From NCBI RefSeq assembly GCF_009914755.1, contig NC_060939.1: a DNA stretch of 64,000 nucleotides. The stretch is one strand, 5' to 3'. Numbering within the stretch: position 1 is the first letter of the stretch; each line of letters starts with the position of its first letter. The position numbers and the translations under genes are program-made. The notes beneath the pieces are model-generated. The model made no database searches. It saw nothing but the letters and a program-made list of their open reading frames with translations, and was not told where the DNA came from. Positions 1 through 12,100 of this stretch are shown one piece after another. Origin of the DNA: the human T2T-CHM13v2.0 reference genome, Homo sapiens.

Positions 1-150
1 TTATACAATCTGCAAGTGGATATTTGGAGCCCTTTGCGGCCTATGGTGGAAAAGGAAATATCTTCAAATAAAAACTACACAGAAGCATTCTGAGTCCCTA
101 TTTTGGAAAAGAAAATATCTTCACTTAAACAACTACGCAGAAATACTGTG
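1..150 (+). repeat. Tail of a type-B (deletion-bearing) HOR copy
   Basis: Contains the junction CATTCTGAG|TCCCTATTTTGG at 94/95 and CACTTAAACAAC, matching the text at 17641 onward. The offset is 17640 = 3x4439 + 4323. Confidence 0.9.
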
Positions 151-3100
151 AGAAACTTCTTTGTTATGTGAGCATTCAACTCACAGAGCTGAACCTATCT
201 TTTGATTGAGCAGTTTTGAATCTCTCATTTTGCAGAATCTGCAAGAGGATATTTGGAGCCCTTTGCTACCTAGGGTGGAAAAGGAAATACCTTCAAATAA
301 AAACTACACAGAGGCATTCTGAGAAACTTCTTGTGATTGTGCATTCAACTCACAGAGTTAAACCTATCTTATGATTGACCAGTTTTGGAACACTGTTTTC
401 ATAGGATCTGCAAGTGGATATTTGGTGTGCTTTGAGGCCTATCGTGGAAAAGCAAGTAACTTCAGATAAAAACTATACAGAAGCATTCTGAGAAACTTCT
501 TTGTGATGTGTGCATTGATCTCACAGAGTTGAAAGTGTATTTTGATTGAGCAGTTTTAAAACACTCCTTCTGTAGAATCTGCAAGTGGATAATTGGAGAG
601 ATTTGAGGTATGTTGTGGAAAAGCAAATATCTTCATATAAAAACTATACAGAAGCCTTCTGAGAAACATCTTTGTGAGGTTTGCATTCAACTCACAGAGC
701 TGGACCTATCTCTTGAGTGACCAGTTTTGAATCTCTCTTTTTGTTCAATCTGCAAGTGGATATTTGGAACGATTTGAGGCCTACATTTGAAAATCAAATA
801 TCTTCCCTCAAAACCTACACAGAAACATTCTCAGAAATTGTTTGTCATGTGGGCTTTCAAATTACCAAGTTGAACCTATCTTGTGATTGAGCAGTTCTGA
901 ATCTCTCTTTTTGTGGAATCTGCAAATGGATATTTTTAGCCCTTTGCGGACTGTGGTGGAAAAGGAATTATCTTCAAATCCATTCTACACAGAAGCATTC
1001 AGACAAACTTCTTGGTGATGAGTGCATTGGTCACACAGAATTGAACCTCTCCTTTGATTGAGCAATTCTGAAACACTCTTTCAGAGGGTCTGCAAGTGGA
1101 TATTTTAGAGCTTTGGGACAATTGTGGAAAAGTAAATATCTTCACATAAAAACTACACGGAAGCATTCTGAGAAACTTCTTTGGAGGTGTGCATTCAACT
1201 CACAGAGTTGAACCTATCTTTTCATTGAGCAGTTTTGAATCTCTCTTTTTGTAGACTCTGCTTACAGATATTTGGAGAGCTTTGAGGCCTATTGTGGAAA
1301 AGAGAATATGTTCACATAAAAACACACAGAAGCACTCTGAGAAACTTCTTTGTGAGATGTGCATTCAACTCACAGAGTTGAACCTATCTTTTGATGGAGA
1401 AGTTTTGAATCTCTCTTTTTGTAGAAGCTGCATGTGGATATTTGGAGACGTTTGTGGCCTATGGTAGAAAAGGAAATATCTTCAAATAAAAACTAGACAG
1501 AAGCATTTTGAGAAAGTTCTCTGTTCTGTGTGCATTCATATCACATGGTTGAAACTACCTTTTGATTGAGCAGTTTCGAGTCTCTCTGTTTGTACCATCT
1601 GCAATGGATATTTGGAGCCCTTTGTGGTCTGTGGTGGAAAAGGAACTATCCTCAAATAAAAACTACACGGAAGTATTCTGAGAAACTTCTTTGTGATGTG
1701 TGCATTTATCTCACAGAGTTGAACCTTTGGTTTGATTGAGCAGTTTTGAGATAATCTTTCCATAGAATCTGGAAGTGAATACTTGGATAACTTTGAGATC
1801 TATTTTGGAGAAGGAGATATCTTTATATAAAAACTGCACAGAAGCATTCTGAGAAACATGTTTGTGAGGTGTGCAACGAAGTCACAGAGTTGAAACTATC
1901 TTTTGATTCAGCAGTTTTGAGTCTCTCTTTTTGCAGAATCTGCGAGTGGATATCTGGAGAACTTTGAGGCCTATTTGGAAAAGGAAATATCTTCACATAA
2001 AAACTACGCAGAAGCATTTTGAGATACTTCTTTGTGAGGTGTGCATTCCACTCACAGAGTTGAACTTATCTTTCCATGGAGCACTTTCATATCTCTTTCT
2101 TTGTGGAATCTGCAAGTGGATATTTGGAGGTCTTTGCACCCTGTGGTGGAAAGGGAAATATCTTCATATAAAAACTACAAAGAAGCATTCAGAGAAACTT
2201 CTTTGTGATGAATGCATTCCTCACACAGAGTTGAGCCTTTCTTTTTACTGAGCAGTATTGAAACGCTCTTTTTGCAGAATCACCAAGTGGATATTTGGAG
2301 AGCTTTGGGGCCTCATTTGGAAAATGAAATATCTTCAAAGTAAAACTACACAGAACCATTCTGAGAAACTTCTTTATGATGTGAGCATTCAACTCTCAGA
2401 GTTGAAGCTACCTTATGATTGAGCAATTTGGAAACACTCTTTTTGTAGAGCCTGCAAGTGGATATTTAGAACGATTTGAGGCCTATTGTGGAAAAGCAAA
2501 TATCTTCACATAAAAACTACACAGAAGCATTCTGAGAAACTTCGTTGGGATGTGTGCATTCGACTAACAGTGTTGAACCTATCTTTTGATTGAGCAGCTT
2601 AGAATCTCTCCTTTTGTAGAAAATGCAAGTAGAGATTTGGAGCCCCATTTCGCCCTATGGTAGAAAACAGAACATCTTCACATAAAAACTACACAGAAGC
2701 ATTCTGAGAATCTTCTTTGTGATGTTTGCATTGAACTCACAGAGTCGAACCTATCTTTTGATAGAGCAGTTTTGTATCTCTCTTTTTGCAGAATCTGCAA
2801 GTGGATATTTGGAAAGCTTGAGGCCTATTGTGAAAAAGGAAATATCTTCACATAGAAACTACAGAGAAGCATTCTGAGAAACTTCTCTGTGAGGCATGGA
2901 TTCAACCCACAGAGTTGGACTTATCATTGAGCAGTTTTGAATCTCTCTTTTGGTCGAATCTGCAAGTGGGTATTTGGAGCCCTTTTGCAACCTATGGCGG
3001 AAAAGGAAACACCTTCACCTAAAAACTATATAGAAGCATTCCGAAAAACTTCTTTGTGATGTGTGCATTCATCTCACAGAGTTGAACCTATCTAATGATT

Positions 3101-6100
3101 GAGCAGTTTTGAAACACTCATTTTGTAGAACCTGGAAGTGGATACTGGGAGTAGTTTGTGGCCTTCTTTGGAAAAGGAAATATCTTCACATGAAAACTAC
3201 AAAGAAGCATTCTGAGAAACTTCTTTGTGATGTGTGCATGCATCTCACAGTGTTGGACGTTTCTTTTGATAGGGCAGTTTCGAAAGAGTCTTCTTGTAGA
3301 GTCTGCAAGTGGATATTTGGAGCGCTTTGAGGCCTAATGTGGAAAATCAAATATCTTCACATAAAAACTACACAGAGGCATTCTGAGAAACTTCTTTTTT
3401 GTGTGTGCATTCAACTCACATAGTTGAAGTTATCTTTGGATTTAGCTGTTTTGAATCTCCTTTTTGCAGAATCTGCAAGTTGATACCTGGAGCCCTGTTT
3501 CACCCTATAGTGGAAAAGGAAATATCTCCACATAAACAAACACTACAGAGAAGCATTCAGAGAAAGTCCTTTGTGATGTGTGCATTGAACACGCAGAGTT
3601 GAAACTATCTTTTGATTGTACAGTTTTGAATATCTCTTTTTGTAGAATCTGCAAGTGGAAGTTTGGAGCTGTTTGCACGCTGTGGTGCAAAAGGAAATAT
3701 CTTCATATAAAAACTACACAGAAGCTTTCAGAGAGACTTCTTTGTGAGGAATGCGTTCCTCACACAGAGTTGAATCTTCCTTTTTATTGAGTAGTTTTGA
3801 AACCCTCTTTTTGCAGAATAACCAGGGGGATATTTGGAGAGCTTTGAGGCCTGTTTTGGAAAAGGAAATATCTTCAAATTAAAACCACACAGAAGCATTC
3901 TGAGAAACTTCTTTGTGATGTGTGCATTCAACTCTCAGAGTTCAACGTGTCTTATGATGGAGCAGTTTGGAAACACTCTTTTTTGTAGAAACTGCAAGTG
4001 GATATGTAGAGCGATTTGAGGCCTACTGTGGAAAAGCAAATATCTTCACATAACGACTACACAGAAGCACTCCTAGAAACTTCTTTGTGATGTGTGAATT
4101 CAACTCACAGAGCTGAACCTATCTTTTGATGGAGTAGCTTAGAATCTCTCTTCTTTTAGAATCTGCACGTGGATATTTGAAGCGCTTTGAGACCTAAAGT
4201 GGAAAAGCAAATATCTTCACATAAAATCTACATAGAGGCACTCTAAGAAACTTCTTTTTGATGTGTGCATTCACCTCACAGAGCTGAAGCACACAGTGCT
4301 TGAGTGACCAGTTTTGAATCTCTCTTTTTGTACAATCTGCAAGTGGATATTGGGAGCCCTTTGCGGCCTGTGGTGGAAAAGGAAATATCTTCAAATTAAA
4401 ACTACACAGAAGCATTCTGAGAAACTTCTTTGTGATGTGTACATTCATCTCACAGAGTTGACACTTTCTTTTGATTGAGCAGTTTTGAAACACTGCTTTT
4501 GTAGAGTCTGGAAGTTGATATTTGGAGGGCTTTGAGGTCTATTTCGGAAAAGAAAATATCTTCACTTAAAAACTAGGCAGAAATACTGTGAGAAACTTCT
4601 TTGTTATGTGAGCATTCAACTCACAGAGCTGAACCTATCTTTTGATTGAGCAGTTTTGAATCTCTCATTTTGCAGAATCTGCAAGAGGATATTTGGAGCC
4701 CTTTGCTACCTAGGGTGGAAAAGGAAATACCTTCAAATAAAAACTACACAGAGGCATTCTGAGAAACTTCTTGTGATTGTGCATTCAACTCACAGAGTTA
4801 AACCTATCTTATGATTGACCAGTTTTGGAACACTGTTTTCATAGGATCTGCAAGTGGATATTTGGTGTGCTTTGAGGCCTATCGTGGAAAAGCAAGTAAC
4901 TTCAGATAAAAACTATACAGAAGCATTCTGAGAAACTTCTTTGTGATGTGTGCATTGATCTCACAGAGTTGAAAGTGTATTTTGATTGAGCAGTTTTAAA
5001 ACACTCCTTCTGTAGAATCTGCAAGTGGATAATTGGAGAGATTTGAGGTATGTTGTGGAAAAGCAAATATCTTCATATAAAAACTATACAGAAGCCTTCT
5101 GAGAAACATCTTTGTGAGGTTTGCATTCAACTCACAGAGCTGGACCTATCTCTTGAGTGACCAGTTTTGAATCTCTCTTTTTGTTCAATCTGCAAGTGGA
5201 TATTTGGAGCGATTTGAGGCCTACATTTGAAAATCAAATATCTTCCCTCAAAACCTACACAGAAACATTCTCAGAAATTGTTTGTCATGTGGGCTTTCAA
5301 ATTACCAAGTTGAACCTATCTTGTGATTGAGCAGTTCTGAATCTCTCTTTTTGTGGAATCTGCAAATGGATATTTTTAGCCCTTTGCGGACTGTGGTGGA
5401 AAAGGAATTATCTTCAAATCCATTCTACACAGAAGCATTCAGACAAACTTCTTGGTGATGAGTGCATTGGTCACACAGAATTGAACCTCTCCTTTGATTG
5501 AGCAATTCTGAAACACTCTTTCAGAGGGTCTGCAAGTGGATATTTTAGAGCTTTGGGACAATTGTGGAAAAGTAAATATCTTCACATAAAAACTACACGG
5601 AAGCATTCTGAGAAACTTCTTTGGAGGTGTGCATTCAACTCACAGAGTTGAACCTATCTTTTCACTGAGCAGTTTTGAATCTCTCTTTTTGTAGACTCTG
5701 CTTACAGATATTTGGAGAGCTTTGAGGCCTATTGTGGAAAAGAGAATATGTTCACATAAAAACACACAGAAGCACTCTGAGAAACTTCTTTGTGAGGTGT
5801 GCATTCAACTCACAGAGTTGAACCTATCTTTTGATGGAGAAGTTTTGAATCTCTCTTTTTGTAGAAGCTGCATGTGGATATTTGGAGACGTTTGTGGCCT
5901 ATGGTAGAAAAGGAAATATCTTCAAATAAAAACTAGACAGAAGCATTTTGAGAAAATTCTCTGTGCTGTGTGCATTCATATCACATGGTTGAAACTACCT
6001 TTTGATTGAGCAGTTTCGAGTCTCTCTGTTTGTACCATCTGCAATGGATATTTGGAGCCCTTTGTGGTCTGTGGTGGAAAAGGAACTATCCTCAAATAAA

Positions 6101-9100
6101 AACTACATGGAAGTATTCTGAGAAACTTCTTTGTGATGTGTGCATTTATCTCACAGAGTTGAACCTTTGGTTTGATTGAGCAGTTTTGAGATAATCTTTC
6201 CATAGAATCTGGAAGTGAATACTTGGATAACTTTGAGATCTATTTTGGAGAAGGAGATATCTTTATATAAAAACTGCACAGAAGCATTCTGAGAAACATC
6301 TTTGTGAGGTGTGCAATGAAGTCACAGAGTTGAAACTATCTTTTGATTCAGCAGTTTTGAGTCACTCTTTTTGCAGAATCTGCGAGTGGATATCTGGAGA
6401 ACTTTGAGGCCTATTTGGAAAAGGAAATATCTTCACATAAAAACTACGCAGAAGCATTTTGAGATACTTCTTTGTGAGGTGTGCATTCAACTCACAGAGT
6501 TGAACTTATCTTTCCATGGAGCACTTTCATATCTCTTTCTTTGTGGAATCTGCAAGTGGATATTTGGAGGTCTTTGCACCCTGTGGTGGAAAGGGAAATA
6601 TCTTCATATAAAAACTACAAAGAAGCATTCAGAGAAATTTCTTGTGATGAATACATTCCTCACACAGAGTTGAGCCTTTCTTTTTACTGAGCAGTATTGA
6701 AACGCTCTTTTTGCAGAATCACCAAGTGGATATTTGGAGAGCTTTGGGGCCTCATTTGGAAAATGAAATATCTTCAAAGTAAAACTACACAGAACCATTC
6801 TGAGAAACTTCTTTATGATGTGAGCATTCAACTCTCAGAGTTGAAGCTACCTTATGATTGAGCAATTTGGAAACACTCTTTTTGTAGAGCCTGCAAGTGG
6901 ATATTTAGAACGATTTGAGGCCTATTGTGGAAAAGCAAATATCTTCACATAAAAACTACACAGAAGCATTCTGAGAAACTTCGTTGGGATGTGTGCATTC
7001 AACTAACAGTGTTGAACCTATCTTTTGATTGAGCAGCTTAGAATCTCTCCTTTTGTAGAAAATGCAAGTAGAGATTTGGAGCCCCATTTCGCCCTATGGT
7101 AGAAAACAGAACATCTTCACATAAAAACTACACAGAAGCATTCTGAGAAACTTCTTTGTGATGTTTGCATTGAACTCACAGAGTCGAACCTATCTTTTGA
7201 TAGAGCAGTTTTGTATCTCTCTTTTTGCAGAATCTGCAAGTGGATATTTGGAAAGCTTGAGGCCTATTGTGAAAAAGGAAATATCTTCACATAGAAACTA
7301 CAGAGAAGCATTCTGAGAAACTTCTCTGTGAGGCATGGATTCAACCCACAGAGTTGGACTTACCATTGAGCAGTTTTGAATCTCTCTTTTGGTCGAATCT
7401 GCAAGTGGGTATTTGGAGCCCTTTTGCAACCTATGGCGGAAAAGGAAACACCTTCACCTAAAAACTATATAGAAGCATTCCGAAAAACTTCTTTGTGATG
7501 TGTGCATTCATCTCACAGAGTTGAACCTATCTAATGATTGAGCAGTTTTGAAACACTCATTTTGTAGAACCTGGAAGTGGATATTGGGAGTAGTTTGTGG
7601 CCTTCTTTGGAAAAGGAAATATCTTCACATGAAAACTACAAAGAAGCATTCTGAGAAACTTCTTTGTGATGTGTGCATGCATCTCACAGTGTTGGACGTT
7701 TCTTTTGATGGGGCAGTTTCGAAAGAGTCTTCTTGTAGAGTCTGCAAGTGGATATTTGGAGCGCTTTGAGGCCTAATGTGGAAAATCAAATATCTTCACA
7801 TAAAAACTACACAGAGGCATTCTGAGAAACTTCTTTTTTGTGTGTGCATTCAACTCACATAGTTGAAGTTATCTTTCGATTTAGCTGTTTTGAATCTCCT
7901 TTTTGCAGAATCTGCAAGTTGACACCTGGAGCCCTGTTTCACCCTATAGTGGAAAAGCAAATATCTCCACATAAACAAACACTACAGAGAAGCATTCAGA
8001 GAAAGTCCTTTGTGATGTGTGCATTGAACACGCAGAGTTGAAACTATCTTTTGATTGTACAGTTTTGAATATCTCTTTTTGTAGAATCTGCAAGTGGAAG
8101 TTTGGAGCTGTTTGCACGCTGTGGTGCAAAAGGAAATATCTTCATATAAAAACTACACAGAAGCTTTCAGAGAGACTTCTTTGTGAGGAATGCGTTCCTC
8201 ACACAGAGTTGAATCTTCCTTTTTATTGAGTAGTTTTGAAACCCTCTTTTTGCAGAATAACCAGGGGGATATTTGGAGAGCTTTGAGGCCTGTTTTGGAA
8301 AAGGAAATATCTTCAAATTAAAACCACACAGAAGCATTCTGAGAAACTTCTTTGTGATGTGTGCATTCAACTCTCAGAGTTCAACGTGTCTTATGATGGA
8401 GCAGTTTGGAAACACTCTTTTTTGTAGAAACTGCAAGTGGATATGTAGAGCGATTTGAGGCCTACTGTGGAAAAGCAAATATCTTCACATAACGACTACA
8501 CAGAAGCACTCCTAGAAACTTCTTTGTGATGTGTGAATTCAACTCACAGAGCTGAACCTATCTTTTGATGGAGTAGCTTAGAATCTCTCTTTTTTTAGAA
8601 TCTGCACGTGGATATTTGGAGCGCTTTGAGACCTAAAGTGGAAAAGCAAATATCTTCACATAAAATCTACATAGAGGCACTCTAAGAAACTTCTTTTTGA
8701 TGTGTGCATTCAACTCACAGAGCTGAAGCACACAGTGCTTGAGTGACCAGTTTTGAATCTCTCTTTTTGTACAATCTGCAAGTGGATATTGGGAGCCCTT
8801 TGCGGCCTGTGGTGGAAAAGGAAATATCTTCAAATAAAAACTACACAGAAGCATTCTGAGAAACTTCTTTGTGATGTGTACATTCATCTCACAGAGTTGA
8901 CAATTTCTTTTGATTGAGCAGTTTTGAAACACTGCTTTTGTAGAGTCTGGAAGTTGATATTTGGAGGGCTTTGAGGTCTATTTCGGAAAAGAAAATATCT
9001 TCACTTAAAAACTACGCAGAAATACTGTGAGAAACTTCTTTGTTATGTGAGCATTCAACTCACAGAGCTGAACCTATCTTTTGATTCAGCAGTTTTGAAT

Positions 9101-12100
9101 CTCTCATTTTGCAGAATCTGCAAGAGGATATTTGGAGCCCTTTGCTACCTATGGTGGAAAAGGAAATACCTCCAAATAAAAACTACACAGAGGCATTCTG
9201 AGAAACTTCTTGTGATTGTGCATTCAACTCACAGAGTTAAACCTATCTTATGATTGACCAGTTTTGGAACACTGTTTTCACAGGATCTGCAAGTGGATAT
9301 TTGGTGTGCTTTGAGGCCTATCGTGGAAAAGCAAGTAACTTCAGATAAAAACTATACAGAAGCATTCTGAGAAACTTCTTTGTGATGTGTGCATTGATCT
9401 CACAGAGTTGAAAGTGTATTTTGATTGAGCAGTTTTAAAACACTCCTTCTGTAGAATCTGCAAGTGGATAATTGGAGAGATTTGAGGTATGTTGTGGAAA
9501 AGCAAATATCTTCATATAAAAACTATACAGAAGCCTTCTGAGAAACATCTTTGTGAGGTTTGCATTCAACTCACAGAGCTGGAACTATCTCTTGAGTGAC
9601 CAGTTTTGAATCTCTCTTTTTGTTCAATCTGCAAGTGGATATTTGGAGCGATTTGAGGCCTACATTTGAAAATCAAATATCTTCCCTTAAAATCTACATA
9701 GAAACATTCTCAGAAATTGTTTGTCATGTGGGCTTTCAAATTACCAAGTTGAACCTACCTTGTGATTGAGCAGTTCTGAATCTCTCTTTTTGGGGAATCT
9801 GCAAATGGATATTTTTAGCCCTTTGCGGACTGTGGTGGAAAAGGAATGATCTTCAAATCCATTCTACACAGAAGCATTCAGACAAACTTCTTGGTGATGA
9901 GTGCATTGGTCACACAGAATTGAACCTCTCCTTTGATTGAGCAATTCTGAAACACTCTTTCAGAGGGTCTGCAAGTGGATATTTTAGAGCTTTGGGACAA
10001 TTGTGGAAAAGTAAACATCTTCACATAAAAACTACACGGAAGCATTCTGAGAAACTTCTTTGGAGGTGTGTATTCAACTCACAGAGTTGAACCTATCTTT
10101 TCATTGAGCAGTTTTGAATCTCTCTTTTTGTAGACTCAGCTTGCAGATATTTGGACAGCTTTGAGGCCTATTGTGGAAAAGGAATCATCTTCACATAAAA
10201 ACACACAGAAGCACTCTGAGAAACTTCTTTGTGAGGTGTGCATTCAACTCACAGAGTTGAACCTATCTTTTGATGGAGAAGTTTTGAATCTCTCTTTTTG
10301 TAGAAGCTGCATGTGGATATTTGGAGACGTTTGTGGCCTATGGTAGAAAAGGAAATATCTTCAAATAAAAACTAGACAGAAGCATTTTGAGAAAATTCTC
10401 TGTGCTGTGTGCATTCATATCAAATGGTTGAAACTACCTTTTGATTGAGCAGTTTCGAGTCTCTCTGTTTGTACCATCTGCAATGGATATTTGGAGCCCT
10501 TTGTGGTCTGTGGTGGAAAAGGAACTATCCTCAAATAAAAACTACACGGAAGTATTCTGAGAAACTCCTTTGTGATGTGTGCATTTATCTCACAGAGTTG
10601 AACCTTTGGTTTGATTGAGCAGTTTTGAGATAATCTTTCCATAGAATCTGGAAGTGAATACTTGGATAACTTTGAGATCTATTTTGGAGAAGGAGATATC
10701 TTTATATAAAAACTGCACAGAAGCATTCTGAGAAACATGTTTGTGAGGTGTGCAATGAAGTCACACAGTTGAAACTGTCTTTTGATTCAGCAGTTTTGAG
10801 TCTCTCTTTTTGCAGAATCTGCGAGTGGATATCTGGAGAATTTGAGGCCTATTTGGAAAAGGAAATATCTTCACATAAAAACTACGCAGAAGCATTTTGA
10901 GATACTTCTTTGTGAGGTGTGCATTCAACTCACAGAGTTGAACTTATCTTTCCATGGAGCACTTTCATATCTCTTTTTTTGTGGAATCTGCAAGTGGATA
11001 TTTGGAGCTCTTTGCACCCTGTGGTGGAAAGGGAAATATCTTCATATAAAAACTACAAAGAAGCATTCAGAGAAACTTCTTTGTGATGAATGCATTCCTC
11101 ACACAGAGTTGAGCCTTTCTTTTTATTGAGCAGTATTGAAACGCTCTTTTTGCAGAATCACCAAGTGGATATTTGGAGAGCTTTGGGGCCTCATTTGGAA
11201 AATGAAATATCTTCAAAGTAAAACTACACAGAACCATTCTGAGAAACTTCTTTATGATGTGAGCATTCAACTCTCAGAGTTGAAGCTACCTTATGATTGA
11301 GCAATTTGGAAACACTCTTTTTGTAGAGCCTGCAAGTGGATATTTAGAACGATTTGAGGCCTATTGTGGAAAAGCAAATATCTTCACATAAAAACTACAC
11401 AGAAGCATTCTGAGAAACTTCGTTGGGATGTGTGCATTCAACTAACAGTGTTGAACCTATCTTTTGATTGAGCAGCTTAGAATCTCTCCTTTTGTAGAAA
11501 ATGCAAGTAGAGATTTGGAGCCCCATTTCGCCCTATGGTAGAAAACAGAACATCTTCACATAAAAACTACACAGAAGCATTCTGAGAAACTTCTTTGTGA
11601 TGTTTGCATTGAACTCACAGAGTCGAACCTATCTTTTGATAGAGCAGTTTTGTATCTCTCTTTTTGCAGAATCTGCAAGTGGATATTTGGAAAGCTTGAG
11701 GCCTATTGTGAAAAAGGAAATATCTTCACATAGAAACTACAGAGAAGCATTCTGAGAAACTTCTCTGTGAGGCATGGATTCAACCCACAGAATTGGACTT
11801 ATCATTGAGCAGTTTTGAATCTCTCTTTTGGTCGAATCTGCAAGTGGGTATTTGGAGCCCTTTTGCAACCTATGGCGGAAAAGGAAACACCTTCACCTAA
11901 AAACTATATAGAAGCATTCTGAAAAACTTCTTTGTGATGTGTGCATTCATCTCACAGAGTTGAACCTATCTAATGATTGAGCAGTTTTGAAACACTCATT
12001 TTGTAGAACCTGGAAGTGGATATTGGGAGTAGTTTGTGGCCTTCTTTGGAAAAGGAAATATCTTCACATGAAAACTACAAAGAAGCATTCTGAGAAACTT

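Noticed and set aside
2540-2556. CTTCGTTGG, resembling the first half of a CENP-B box (also ~6980, 11419, 15857)
   Set aside because: It is at the wrong position in the monomer and lacks the A..CGGG half. It is a point variant of CTTCTTTG.
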